DNA of 64,000 bases from Octopus vulgaris (GCA_951406725.2 OX597818.1:82336001-82400000); one strand, 5' to 3'. Numbered from the stretch's first letter, positions 43,202 to 57,825 are shown. Made by a program: numbers and translations. The notes: generated by a model from the letters alone, not told the origin.

Positions 43202-43329
43202 CATACATGCAGGCATGCATATATGCATATATATACATGCATACATATATATCTATGCATGTATATATATATATATGTATGTATATATGTATATATGTAT
43301 GTATGTGTGTGTGTATATATATATATATA

Positions 43330-43393
<64 letters not shown>

Positions 43394-44789
43394 ATATATA
43401 TATATATATTCCTCTGCTGATCCTTCTATTTTTTCATTTCGTCACTTTGATATTTATTTCGTCTTTTTGTCGTATGGTACTAATTATCTTTCGAGTTCAT
43501 ATTTACTCAAATTGTTAATTAGTGTTATACTTTCTTACTGAACGCTTTCCCTTTTATTTTACTTGTTCACTCTAAGGTAACCTTTTATACATACAGGCGG
43601 CAAAAATCATCACAGAATTATTTTCATACTTCACCAATTTTATACTCTTGCTACTAAAGAGAGGTGAAGCTATTTACATTTTACATTTAGTCATAATATT
43701 TCTGCTCGTATATATTAGTCACTAATATTCATACATTTTACTTACATCTAGATTTAAAATCCTTGTCTGATTTCTCAGCTTCTTGATCTTTTAACGATAT
43801 AGCGACAGGTCAATAAATCTTTAATGTAAGTGCTTTTCTACCTTTATCTCAATGTGTTGCCTGAAATCATTCTTACTGCCTTACACTTTATCGCTATCTA
43901 TCTCTTCCCATCGTTTTCCATCTCCGTTCAGTGTATTTCTCATTCACTCTATCTCCACCCTGGTCCTCCCCCCTCTCTATACTTTCCTTTCTATACATCA
44001 CATTCTTTTTGACTTCCTTTTCGTTTCCCACTCGTTTCTGCTTCTGCATTATCAACTTTCACGTATTCATCACATACAATACGGTTATAAACACAATCAA
44101 ACACCTCACGCTCATATTCGCCCACGTCACTATACTCCCAGACATGCACAGTTCTATAGACATACACACACACACACCAAAAATTCCACACACAGGTGAT
44201 CCTTCTCTTGTCTCCATCTCAAGACAGACACTCATCTATACATGCACACTATACATACGATAGCGACTCTCTGCTCCCTTGGCAACTAATACATCGATGG
44301 AGTTTTCTTTTATTTTCGAACCAATTTTTCTCTTTCTTTCTTTCTTTCTTTCTCCTCCTAAGCTTTTCTTTTTATGAAGAACCTCCGTCCGAAGTGTTGA
44401 AATGACATTTTTCTTCTGTCATTTAGGGTTCAACAAATACAATATTTGATAAAACGTAACCCTTCTTTGTTGCTTTTCTTTTTTAGCTTTCGCTCATTAC
44501 ACGTCCAATATATAAATACACACACACAACACAATATATATATATGTATACATGTATATATGTATGTATGTACGTATGTATGTATGTATGTACGTATATA
44601 TGTATATATGTGTATATGTGTGGAGACGTATGTATATATATATGTGTGTGTGGTCTGTCTATCTGCCACTTTATATATGTCTGTGTGTATATATACGTTT
44701 ATGAATTTATGTTCCAAGATTTCTGATGTGAAACCGAGTGTTCAAACAGATATTGTTATATTTTGGGATGGTCATTCTTTTTCGCCAAA

Positions 44790-45125
44790 TAAACACACGC
44801 ACTATATATGCCTTCTTCACTCATTCATTACTGTTCTCATTTTATCATGTGTCCATTGTCCGGAAATATTTCGTCACACACCTGTAACCTCTTCAGCGAT
44901 CCTTTCCTGCCACGTGTGTCTTCATGCTCCAGTTAATTCATTCTATGATCTTAGAAGGACAGATGATATAAAGACAGAATGGATGAAGCGGATCATGAAG
45001 ACTCACGTGGACGGAAAGAGTCGCTGAAGTGGTCAAAAGTGTGTGACGAAAGATTTGCGGACATTGGACATAAGATAGAATAAGAATAAACGAGTTAAGA
45101 ACGAATATATAGTGCGAGTGTTTGA
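44790..45125. repeat. Imperfect inverted repeat with ~135-bp arms (MITE-like / foldback)
   Basis: aaacacacgcactatat...tgtccggaaatatttcgtcacacac...cttcagcga..ccacgtgtgtcttcatg pairs with catgaagactcacgtgg..tcgctgaag..gtgtgtgacgaaagatttgcggaca...atatagtgcgagtgttt. Confidence 0.8.
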
Positions 45126-45379
45126 CAAACATACATACATACATACATACATACATACATACATAAATACATACATACATACATACATACATACATACAT
45201 ACATACATACATACATAAATATATATATAGATATATATATAGATGAATAAATAGATAAATGGAGTTGAACGAAGATGTTAATAAAATTCCTTTACTTTCG
45301 ACATATGTGAACTTGCTACCCTCGTAACGGTTCATTGAATTTTCCATGTTAAGGGGAAACATTGGATAATTCATTCACC

Positions 45380-45462
<83 letters not shown>

Positions 45463-46739
45463 AGAGAGAGATAGAGAGAGAGGAGATCGAGCTGAGGTGA
45501 GCCACAAAGGAAGTTGATCCGCCCCCTACAACCATCACTTTCATTTCATAAAGAAAGTTTAAACGCCCTTTGTTGGTAGAGTGTCAGATATCTTTCTTTT
45601 CAGTTGCGGCAAATAGTTACATACCAGGTCTATGGAAATGAAGTGAAGGAAGAACGCTAAACTACTTAAGAAAGTAGATTCCAGTCTTAGAGCTAAGACT
45701 CTTTCTATTATTTACGTAGGTACAGTTACTTTTGTGGCGTTGTAGGCAACATATAGCCTATGCATTGGAGATTTATTGAGGAGGTTTTTATTGAATTTGA
45801 TACAACTACTTTGATGTGAGTCAAAGCATATTTCAAAATGGCCGACACCAGCCATTCTTGGCAGATCCCGTCGCACATATTTTCAGTTTCGCTGTAATCT
45901 CGATTGGTGGAATCTGCAGTGATTTTGACATTAACTTTAATATATTGTGTTATTAACGTTCTATATTTCTTTGAACTTTACACTCCTGGACTCCGAGTGA
46001 AAATTTGTTTTAAAAAAGTGGTGCAACTTGTCTTTCCCTGTGTTTTGTTTCGCATTTGACTGTTTTTAGACTCTGTTCGCAAATGTCATTGTATTTCCAT
46101 TCACGAAATCATTCATGATTATGGCGTCGATTATCATTGTACCAGCACTTTATACTAGGCCACGCAAGAAAATTCACAAGCGAAACATGTTTTCCCTACT
46201 CCCATTTACAAGGTGGCACAACTCTCCCAGGATGGCTCAACTCTCATTATGAGTATGCTCAACACTCCTCACTCTGCAAGAGACTTATGTCATTTGACGA
46301 TTTAAAAAAAAAAGATGAGTAATATATTGAAATGCAATCACCTTCAATATCATAACCCGCACTGTATTATAACATAGTATCTAAACTTCAAATGACAACA
46401 AGTTCTCCAAACAGCAATGCAGATTTGGGGAAATATCGCCCATTGCGAAAAATGTGGCTGAATTTTCCTGGTTCTTCCCTATATACATGTAGTATTCTCC
46501 ACTTGTGTTCATAGATTTTCAAATACTTAAGATTTTACCACAAATATAAATACAGTTAGACAAAAATCTTTTAGACAAAAATCTTTGCTATATAATACTT
46601 TATAATATATAGTACAGATATGGCATAATTTCACATAAATCAAATAGTATATTTATCTAATCATCATCTCCTATTTTTAGCCAATAAATTCTTTTGGTTT
46701 TCACGTGTTTTTATTATGATGTTTTTAAAAAATATCTTT

Positions 46740-48290
46740 TTTTACAACGTTGAAGTGTGTTAGACATTAAAAAAATATGTTGTAATGTTCATAAATTTCT
46801 GTTAGCGCTTTCATACGTTCATAGTAATCATCAGATTTCAAAATGTAATTAACTGACAGTTGGGTTCTTGACTCGTGTAGTAAAATGATTGACTTCTTCC
46901 TTTTTGTACTTCTTAGAAGGCTTCAAAAAGTGGAAGTTTTGGAATACGGATTTGACCCTCTGCAGGTAGCTTAAATGTCACGGTTTGCCGGACGTATCGA
47001 TATTACTGGCATAGGTCCCGCCTTTATTTCAACCAATTAGCTTGCGGTTTACATGTAATGGGTTTTCTGAGTGAGCAAGCCTAGTTGGTTTCGATCTTTT
47101 TTTATTTCAATTGGTATGACTATTCTGTAATTTGTTTATATTCATACGTTAGGATATTTTTTTAATCCATCTCATTAACTGGTTCATTATATTATTGTTG
47201 TTATGTCCGTTCAGAACATCTTTGAACATTTTAATAAACCATTTTTCTTTTATCTTTCTTCCAACCTCATTTCTGCCATGTATTTGTGGAAAGGAAAAAT
47301 TATAAACATTTTTTAATCATATATGATCGTTCAGTTTAACTAGGTGAACATTAGTGTTTCGGATTTGTTGTCTGTAGTCTCGTGAGCATTCCGATAAAGC
47401 ATTCCCTGTCTCGCCAGTATATAGTTCCTCGTAATTCGGGTAGTAGATCAAATTGCTGCATTTGCAGTTCATATCTGCATTTGCGAAAATCTGCCCATCT
47501 TTTGTTCCAATGAATCTACAAATATGCATGTACTAACACGTTCTACACCTGTTATCATTACACTTGGATACTGTGAATGTTTTATCTTCTTTGAGCATAC
47601 TGAATTTTGCCTTTGTTAAAAGTTTGTTTCGGTTATGTTGTTGATTTTGGTTAAGATAAGTGTTTCATTATTTATGTTTTTTTTTAAATTTTTGTCTTTG
47701 TTTCATGATTTGCAAATTTGTTTTGATCATGTTAAAAATGTTTTGTTAATGCGGATTGTATGTTACTAGAAATGGTATTGTATTTCGTTGATGGGTTCGT
47801 CTTTCTCGCGTTGCGCGAAGTTGTTCCATACGTATCTCTTTTGCTCGTTGTATGCTATTTTCTATAAGTAGGAAAGGGTATTTGGATAATCTACTATACA
47901 AATTTTCCTGGTTAGACAATACGGAATCTCGCATTTTTGTGTGTTGGATGACATGATTTAAAATTTAGGTATTAGTGTGCATTGGTGCCTTTGTAATAAA
48001 TATCAGTTGTGATTGTTGCTTTGTTTTAATTAGCATTATGTCAAGAAAAGTTAATTGTGTGTTGCTCGTTTCTGTTCTGAATTTGAGACTAGGGTGTTGA
48101 TTGTCGAGAAGGGTGTTGAATTCTTCCAGACATTCTAGGAATTTGGTCCAAATTAGGGAACAATCATCGACGTATATTTTCCATGTGTCTTCCATATGGC
48201 GTCTAAATATCATGGCGTAGTTCTCCTCACTTTTTTATATAGGTTTTGTTCTACGTATCCCAACACTGAGATTGCAAAATATAGAGAAGC
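46740..48290 (-). mobile_element. Decayed Penelope-like element related to 25731-27930
   Basis: Fragments WKIYVDDCSLIWT..HPSLKF..LTFLDIMLIK, KYPFLLIENSIQRA..IPFLVTYNPH and IFANADMNCKCSNLIY..YTGETGNAL, in the same order as the intact ORF. Confidence 0.9.
46800..46840 (-). ncRNA. Hammerhead remnant in the 3' region of the decayed Penelope-like element
   Basis: CTGATGA-t tac tatgaac gta t-GAAA-gcgc-TA, with palindromic stem III agcgct; stem I no longer pairs. Confidence 0.6.
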
Positions 48291-48574
48291 GATCCCCAGT
48301 GGATTTAATGTAACCTTCATAATTGACAAAGGGAAATAACTCAGAACCAATTGCTACACAGATATTGCTCTGAGCTGAGTGGGGACACTAAGCTCCCTTG
48401 TTCAAAAATAGAAGGACACAGATAGTGCGTCGATAGGCAAATGGAGACTATGTTTCCTGAGATAAAGAACAGTAACATTCATCCTAATCAGGACAGCCTT
48501 ATTATGTTGGCAAACAATCTTTACTCTAGAGTACTGTTACTGAATGTTTCTCGTTCAGAGATTTAGAAATAATA

Positions 48575-48605
<31 letters not shown>

Positions 48606-48615
48606 CATACATACA

Positions 48616-48682
<67 letters not shown>

Positions 48683-49092
48683 AAGAAAATTTAGAAAATG
48701 TTAATTGTAGCATTAATATAATTTATTAACTGCAAAAATCCAACATATTCTCTTACAGCTGCTTTAATTTAGCCTAAAGGTTAAATTACAATAATTAAAT
48801 CATTGTATCAGGCAAAATCTCATCAGAGCTGTAGAAAACATATACCGTAAGGTATAGTGTTTTCAAATCATCTCATTAGGAGTGTTTTCAAATCATTTCA
48901 GCAGACTGAGATGATTTAAAAACACAACACCTAATAACCTAATGGTATATCTTTTCTGCCCATCTGATCAAATTTTGCCAAATACAATTATTTCATTATT
49001 GTAATTTAATCTTTAGGCTAAATTGAAACAGCTTAGAATTTTGTAGTTAATAAATTATATTAATGCTATATCTCGATTTTCTAAATTTTCTT
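48683..49092. repeat. Imperfect ~410-bp palindrome whose arms contain decayed hammerheads
   Basis: Arms are reverse complements centred near 48903. The left arm (minus) has CTGATGA-gattttgcct...aggctaaatt-aaag-cagctg-TA; the right arm (plus) has ctgatca...GAAA-cagct-ta. Confidence 0.7.
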
Positions 49093-49469
49093 TTAAATAT
49101 TTACAAATCCAGATTTCTATTTAGACCTATAATTTTAAGAATATTACTTATTCACAAAAAAATAGTAGGCAATGAACCAGTAATTCATTGCATATTATTA
49201 TCCCTTAATGAGGTTATTTAAACCTCTAATTAAAATTATATATATACATGTGTGAGTGTGTGTGTGAGTGTGTGTGTGTGTGTGTATGTATGGATCTATT
49301 TGTGTGTATTCGAATATGAAATAGAAGTAAACATTATCGACCAAACATACCTAAAATAATAATGCTTTGTATATGTGGCATGGTGGAAATTGCTCTCAAA
49401 TTGCCAGGTGTTAAAACACCTGAAAGTCATAGGAAGGTGAGACAACTCACCCCAAACCCAATTCAAGAA

Positions 49470-49514
49470 CGATGGACTTCAATGTTTCACCACTTTCGTG
49501 GCTTATCAACATCA
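49470..49514 (-). ncRNA. Type I hammerhead ribozyme, U3-A8 core variant, solitary
   Basis: Minus strand: tgatg-TTGATAA-gccac gaaa gtggt-GAAA-c attgaa g-TC-catcg. All three stems pair, the cleavage triplet is GUC, and stem II is capped by GAAA. Confidence 0.8.
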
Positions 49515-49558
49515 ATATTTTGTATGTTCGTGTGTGTATTGGTTTATAAATGCTTATA

Positions 49559-49660
<102 letters not shown>

Positions 49661-49831
49661 TCTATCCATTATATCATTTCTAATTTATATTCGACCTTCT
49701 TTACTGTACAACATACAGATACATATATCATTTTGGCAAGAATCACATTTCAATAGGTTTACACTATATTTCAAATATCTATCATACACGCAAACAAACA
49801 CATACATATATACACAAATATGTATAGATAA

Positions 49832-49870
<39 letters not shown>

Positions 49871-50861
49871 AATAGAGAGAAACAGAGAGAGAGCAAATGA
49901 TGTTTCTTTCGATTCGAAGCCAACCACCATGACGAACGAAGGGAAAAAGGAAGTAGAATGAAGAGGACAGGAAGATGTATTGTTGCAATATAGACAAACA
50001 GAATAGTTGAACCTAAAATTAATGAAGAGAGATCTCTGTGGAAAGGTCACACAGCAGAAGCACAACGGAACTTTACGTCCGAAAGTTTAATAATAAGATG
50101 CAACTCGGAAAATTCAAACAAAGAAAAGAATAGCTAATCTAGGGGTAAAATTGAAAGGACAAAATACGGAGTTTTATGAAAAACTCACCCGTAACTAAGA
50201 TTTAACAGTTGCTAGGAATCTGTTATAGAAATTTGCTCACAGAGGTGCGACGAAATTTCTGTCACTGAAATAATAAATGAAATGTGAATCTAACATGCTT
50301 TCTCCAATTTTAATTGGATAGGATGGTTTTTCTACGGTGTAAGTAGCAAGCACACACGCGTAAACTTACACACGCACACACAGAAACACACACACGTCAT
50401 GCAAACAATAATATCTGCGTACATATAAATATATCTAATATCTACATAGAGTATCCTACATAGAGTAAAATTGGGATATTTACCTGTTACGTTGGAGGAT
50501 ATGAAACATTTTCAGTAACTAATTACACTATCAACCGCTGTTGAATTGAATATAAGTTATTCGCTTAGGCACACTAAAGTAGTTATTTGATTCTTATGTA
50601 AATAGAACTGTAAGAGAAGAAATAAATAAAACACAGAACTTAGCATATGAACCAGAATATGATTTCGTACGGATGATACGTAAAACATTCTACGGAATTT
50701 ATAAAAATGCAGAATGATTTCTGTAAAATATTAGTTTCATGCTCTAGTAAGCATTTGCAAGGATTAAAGTAGGTACATGAAAGCAATGTGGCTACTTAAC
50801 AAACATTTCGACCTGTTCAAATTTGCTTGAGTCATATTTGATCTGTGCAAAGGCAGTATTC

Positions 50862-51284
50862 TATTCTACTCTCGGCACAAGGTCCGAAATTTTGGGGTAA
50901 CGGGGCCAATCGATTAGATCGACTCCAGTACGCAACTGGTATTTAATTTATCGACCCCGAAAGGATGAAAGGCAAAGTCGACCTCGGCGGTATTTGAAGT
51001 TAGTAAGTAAAGACAGACGAAATACCGCTAAGCGGCTTGCCCGGCGTTTGTTATTTGTACATTGCCCACAAGGAGCTAAACATAAAGGGGACAAACAAGG
51101 ACAGACAAAGGGATTAAATCGATTACATCAATCCCAGTGCGTAACTGGTACTTAATTTATCGACCCCGAAAATATGAAAGGCAAAGTCGACCTCAGAGGA
51201 ATTTGAACTCAGAACGTAGCGGCAGACGAAATACTGCTAAGCATTTCGCCTGGCGTGCTAACGTTTCTGCCAGCTCTCCGCTTT
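50862..51284 (-). mobile_element. Dimeric SINE family B with 18-bp TSD
   Basis: Same two-monomer layout as 9256-9677; TSD tgtgcaaaggc(a/t)gtattc at 50844-50861 and 51285-51302. Confidence 0.9.
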
Positions 51285-51715
51285 TGTGCAAAGGCTGTAT
51301 TCACTGCTATTTGGTATTGAGAAGAATTTTTGCTTTGAGCAATAAGTGTTAAAAACATTTGTGTTCTCATAGAAAATGAACATCAAAACAGGAGCAGCTG
51401 ATATGTGATGCCTACCTAGGCCAAAACAAAATGTAATAAGGATAAGACATCGGTGGTTCGAGTCTGAGCCATGACATCAGAGAATGGCCATATTATGAAT
51501 ATTGTCTTCTGTTTTCTTTTTAGTGTAGTGTCCCCAAACAGTAACTTTCTGTGGCTAAAATCAATAACGAAATAATGTGTAGAGGATACCCCAATTTCCT
51601 TACAGAAATTCTCTCTGAATTAGTCTGGATCGCAGGTTATTCGTCAATGACAACTTCATAAACCATCAATATTGCATAGATATCATCATATATGGTTTGA
51701 AATAATGATTTCAAA

Positions 51716-51916
51716 TGTTGGCACAAGGCCAGCAATTTCGGGAAGGAGCTAGTCGATTACATCAAACCAGTACTCAACTGGTTATTATTTTATCATCCTC
51801 GAAACAATGAAAAGTGAAGTGGACCTCATGGAATTTGAGCTTACAACATAAAGACGGACGAAATACAGCTGAACATTTTGCCTGGCGTTCTAACGATTCA
51901 GCCAGTGCACCACCTT
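51716..51916 (-). mobile_element. SINE family B monomer
   Basis: Homology to the other copies. Confidence 0.8.
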
Positions 51917-52620
51917 ATGATTTGACATAAAAATAAATGCAAAAATGCTTAATGTCAATGGATTTGAAACACCTTTTACCAGGATGTGGGAGAGAAAGTC
52001 AACGGTTGAATAATTTCTTATAGAACTATTCCGATTGTATTGATAACGAATAGTAACAGATGGCCGCGTTTCAGGGAGGATGATTGCCCTTCCAAACCTA
52101 GGAAACTTTTTCTAATGAGGAGGCATTTAAGAAAAATAATCTTTTCAAACTTTCGCCATTATCGATGAGGTTTCTTATTTATTTGTCTCTTCCATATCCT
52201 TCGGAATTGTACGATTGATTCGTCATATTGTGTCATTTTTAAAGCAAGAAATATTTCTTTATTTTTTGTCAATAATATATTTTAAATATATATAAAGCAT
52301 TATTGTTACCAGCAGATATTCAGTGCAAAATAAAATCGAACATATATTAAAGAAAATGGCAAGAAAATAAAATAAAAACTGCACATATAATTTAAATCCT
52401 CAAGGTACTTCTAAATCAACGTATGTATATATATATACATACATACACATACTCACACACGCACCCACGCATACACCTACACATCTATACAATAACACAC
52501 ATATGCATATGTCATTGTATACATGCGAAAATGTGCATAACCAACGGTGTATACATATAATGTATATTTGTAATATATATTATACATATGTATATAAATA
52601 TATATATATATATCTATCTA

Positions 52621-52660
<40 letters not shown>

Positions 52661-52661
52661 C

Positions 52662-52704
<43 letters not shown>

Positions 52705-52980
52705 TATACATATATATACATTGCCCAAACACACAAATATATATATATAGGTATTCATACTTGTAAGTAATATATATATACACACATACACACACTTATG
52801 TATACATGAATCGTATATGAGAGGTTTCCAGAAGCCACCAACCTAAAAGTATTTGTCGCATTACATTTATGCACCCTATATATAGTAGAGTTACATGCAT
52901 ATACAGACTCTATATACATAATATATACACACATATGTGCATATGTGCATAGGTAGGTGTAATTGCGTAGGTATATATAC

Positions 52981-53035
<55 letters not shown>

Positions 53036-53371
53036 AGATTGTAGGCATATATGTATGTATGTATTTATACAGACAAATATATGTATCTGTGAAGGATAAA
53101 AGAGTTACAAAAATACCGAAAAAATCAGAAGATGGCACATTTTTTCTACGTTCAAATATTTTCTTACTTTAAGAAATTTTATGAAGCTGTCACAGAATTC
53201 TGTTCAATTCTAATGAGTGGAAATTCTCGGTACTACTTTTCATAATATGGTATTAAAAAAGCTAAGGAACTGGTTAAGAAAGAAATAGAGAGAAACTGAG
53301 TGGGGGAATGAAGATGGACTTTGCCTGTGCACTATGAATATACCATTATTATATAAACATACATACATACA

Positions 53372-53405
<34 letters not shown>

Positions 53406-53574
53406 CATACCTATATATACATCCACGTACGTATATACCAGGTTTGTTTCTACAATATAAAGACAATATACATGTATGTATGTGTATATACGCACATCCA
53501 GATACACTCACACATTAATTATGACAGACACATACTTACACATATATATTTATAAATATATATATATATATACT

Positions 53575-53631
<57 letters not shown>

Positions 53632-53711
53632 GTATATATATGTATACATACATATATATACATATATACGTATCTATCTATCTATATATATATATATATA
53701 TAATTCATAGG

Positions 53712-53757
<46 letters not shown>

Positions 53758-53760
<3 letters not shown>

Positions 53761-54377
53761 GGTGCATGAGTTATTTGTGGACATACCATTTTTGGGTCAT
53801 TGATGTACTTTTTGCTAACTCTGTATAATCTTTGTTTCAGAAAATAATAATGTTAAGATCCTAAGCTTACTCAAGAAATGAACAGGCATACTGTTATTCT
53901 GGTTATATAGCCTGATCATAGCGAATTAGAAATATCTGGATTTTTAAAATCTGCCAGATATTTCGTCTACAAAGTTTGAAAGGAGCTAGGGATTGAAGAT
54001 GGAAACCTGTCACCAGTATCAACGCATAAAAATTATCATAATCGCTCTGAAATCATCAGAACACCTGCATTTATCCAGAAAGTTCAACAAACCTATTTCT
54101 TTATTACCCTCAAGAGGCTAAACACAGAGGGGACAAACAAGGACAGACATAGGTATTAAGTCGATTACATCGACCCCAGTGCGTAACTGGTACTTAATTT
54201 ATCGACCCCGAAAGGATGAAAGGTAAAGTCGACCACGGCGGAATTTGAACTCACAACGTAAGGCAGACGAAATACCGCTAAGCATTTCGCCCGACGTGCT
54301 AACGTTACTACGTGCTAACGTTACACTCACAGAAATTCCATGAGGTCAATTGCAAAGGATCTCTATGTTTCAGAAAG
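53758..54377 (+). mobile_element. 5' remnant of a maT/Tc1-mariner transposon interrupted by a SINE (54095-54310, minus)
   Basis: Starts (ta)cagggtg. Decayed HTH-like translation DHSELEISGFLKSARYFVYKV..RSEIIRTPAFIQKVQQT / RNSMRSIAKDLYVSE. Confidence 0.6.
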
Positions 54378-56677
54378 CTTAGGGTTAGTGTTATATATAG
54401 TGTCTATGTTTGGTTGACGTAGTATGATAAAAATCGAGCTAATCTTAGAGGCGCGTGGTGTTTGATGACACATAGCAGTAGATAGCAACACATGTTACCC
54501 AGAAAGTTAACGGATTTGATGGACCCAATGATTTTAAACACATTTCCGCTTTTGATTTTCCATCCGCCGTTTTCTTTACTGTAAACAACATTAATTTTCA
54601 TATAAATTTGCTTTTTCTATTTTCTCTTCTTCTTTGTCATTCAGCCAACATTAGGCCAATGAATAAAACGATAATTTTTTTTTTCCATATATATCTTCAC
54701 AATGTTATTATAGTCTTTGCATCGCTGTTCGCATTTTTGCACCTTTAGTGTTATACTTTTAATCAAGGCTCATTGGGTTTTCCATTACTACGCTGTTCTC
54801 GACCAACCAGATTATCGATGGATTTATGTCGCTCATCAACATCATCATCATCATCATGAGCAGCTGCAACGAATACAACAATGTATACATTTCTTTAACT
54901 TTTGTTTCCTCCCTCCATTTCCCTTTCGTACGCCACTTTTTACCGTTTTCTCCTTTTGATTTCCTTCCCATTTTTATTGATTCTCTTCCGTTGTAAAGAT
55001 ACGCACAAACGCGCAGGTGCACGCATATGCTAATCCTCACATGGGCATCAATACAGTTATTTACTAACACACAAACTGACCTAAATATGCAAAATCGAAA
55101 TCATGCAGAAAGTATTTTGAGACCTTAGTTTAAGATACAGTTCGGTTTAATATCATGATCAAGCCTGTAGCTGCTTCAATTGTCGTCGAGCGGTTTTTAA
55201 AACCTGAAACACTGGTTTACTATTTAACACTACTCTAAGTCCTTGTGTTTGTTCCACGATTTTGAAATTTTTAGAAAAGCTTTGCAAAAGGACAAATGAG
55301 TTCCTCTGTCGAGGATGGTCCAAATACGCAAAAAGGGGGAGAACACACCGACGGGATAGTCACCGAAATAGATGGCACATATAGCGAAATGACAAAAAAT
55401 AAAAACCCAAAGTGAGGACACTGATATACAAAGAGAAAACATAGTTACCGAAAGGAACGGAACGGAATACATACCACAAATGTATTGCCTGATATCCCAA
55501 CAATGACGTCAATCCATTACTTTAAACTGTTGTTTATACATTGGTATGAATGTGGGTTTGAATATCCCGTCGCCAAAATGTCATGACGACGTTGGGGTAT
55601 GCACAAGTGTGTAGAATAGCATTACAGAAATGAATATTTGGATATGGTTATCTAGGATAACCTTTCGCTGAATTAATATGTTCATACAGAACGTGCTCCA
55701 TACTAGGCCAAACGTATGGACGATGTTAAACTAACACTGTAATCCAATCCAAACGATCAACGCTGTTAGCTACTCACTATTAACTGCTGATTGTCAACTG
55801 ATTTCTTTATTTGGCACCACGGCCACTAACACAGACGGATACACTACAAGGACAGAGACATCACCACAGTGGGGACATAAAACATAAAACGAATGAGAAT
55901 GAATGTTATATAAAATGGGAAAAATGAAATGACTGCTTGGGCACCACTCCCATGCTGATTGTTAACTACCTACAGTTCAGACAGTTTCTTTATTCTATTG
56001 AAATACGTCAGTCCACTTTTCATTAGGTAGGGTGGTCAGGATCCTTCCACAACATATATCGATGTCGGGAAAATATCAAGACCAAACTGGATTCGACCAG
56101 AGAGCAGGAAAAGTCAGTGCAATGCATTGAATATCAGTAAATAACAGAGCAACTGAGAGTAACTTTACGTGGTCAATATAACCTCTAAGAATAGCAAAGT
56201 CCTTTTAATAACAGATATGACGGTTTCAAACTAAAAGGAACATTTGAAATAGTATTCATCGATAACAACACGCCTTGTAGTAAATGCGGGCATGGCTGTA
56301 TGGTTGAGAAGCTCGCTTTCCAACCACGTGATTTCGAGTCATACTGCATAGCACCTTAGGCAGCTCCCGATTGAAATAGTCTTTGGCCGAGTAGTGTTTA
56401 TGAATATGGTGGAAACATGTCATATATTCGTAGGGAGGAGCTTATATTTGTTACCCACAAAGCTGTTTGACGACGTTGGTTTCTTTACGTCCCCCGTAAC
56501 GTATCGGTTCGGCAAAGTAACAGTATTAAAAACACATAAATACTGCTGCGGATGTCGCCTAAACTCTTTTAGGCTGTACTATAGCACTGTCACGGCCCAA
56601 TGGCTGACAGGAGTAAAATATAAATGATAAAATGTCGGGCGAAAGAATTATATGTGTGTGTGTGCGTGTGCGTGCGT

Positions 56678-56716
<39 letters not shown>

Positions 56717-57785
56717 GGCGAGTGACTTGGTGGTTAGGATATTCGAGTCACGATCGTAAGGATGTGAGTTTCAATACCCGGTGACGCGTTAGGTCCTTCG
56801 TTGCTCCGAACAAATCAGGTGGCAAAAATGAGTTGTATATGCTTTTCAAAGTGTCTGCTAACTGGTAGGTGGTAACAATGAAACCTGCTATGTGACTAAT
56901 CATTATATTTTGTATCTTTTCATTTGTCTTGCTCTCTTACGTTCTGGCATTTGCTGAATGTTCTTGAGAACAATTTTATCTTAGTGGTCAAAACCATATG
57001 TGGACTACATCTAGCATATCAGATGTCCACTTAGTGGACATCCATCCTTTTATATATATATATATATATATATATACATACACAGATACATATATATATA
57101 TATATATATATATACATACATACATACACAGATACACACACAGACAAAGACACACTTAAGTATAGGCTCACAAATCTTTTCACCATAATTCCCTTTAAGT
57201 CGGGCCGACCAGAGATGCAACTTCTGTACCGCCGACGACAACGCCAACAGAAACACTAATAACTCTATAACACACTGTACTCATTGAAGTGGTCACATTT
57301 GAATCAAACATGCAACAGGCAAGTACACATTCTATTCAAATTTATTATGGCTTCCCAGTATAAAGAGAAAAGAACTAAACCATTAAAAACATGAAAAAAC
57401 AACAAAAATTAACTGTAAAAACGAGCCCCAAGTTCTCTATCACTTTAATTAAAACTCGTCTTGTCACTAGCACACCACACAGCGTATATTCATATTTTTC
57501 ATTCGTTATACATATTTTGATGTATTCCGTGTGTATGTGTGTGTGTTTTTTTTATAAATTTTAATATAGAAAATTCCAATAGAAATTCTAATGGTAAAAT
57601 TGGCTACAATTGTATTTTTGATGCAGGCAAATGATTTCCGATTGCGAAAAAAAAAAACAGAGAAAGAAAAAATAAATAAGAAAAGTAAAAAAGGAAAAAA
57701 GAAAGGGAAAAATGAAAAAACGCGGGAAGATGTGAATAAGTGGCCGAATATGACGTGCTGGATGATGGTTGAAGGATGATGATCA

Positions 57786-57825
<40 letters not shown>

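Noticed and set aside
45540-46400. Possible decayed transposase sequence
   Set aside because: No motif is convincing enough by eye.
52058-52100. Minus-strand ttggaagggc...ccctgaaacgcggc, similar to the array ribozyme
   Set aside because: The core and cleavage triplet are mutated and stem I does not pair; at best a dead relic.
54400-54700. Enhancer-like island with tttgat and gtaaaca words
   Set aside because: Short motifs are expected by chance in AT-rich DNA; conservation data would be needed.
55200-55800. Possible Gypsy integrase remnant
   Set aside because: Only a vague resemblance across many stops; not supportable without a search.
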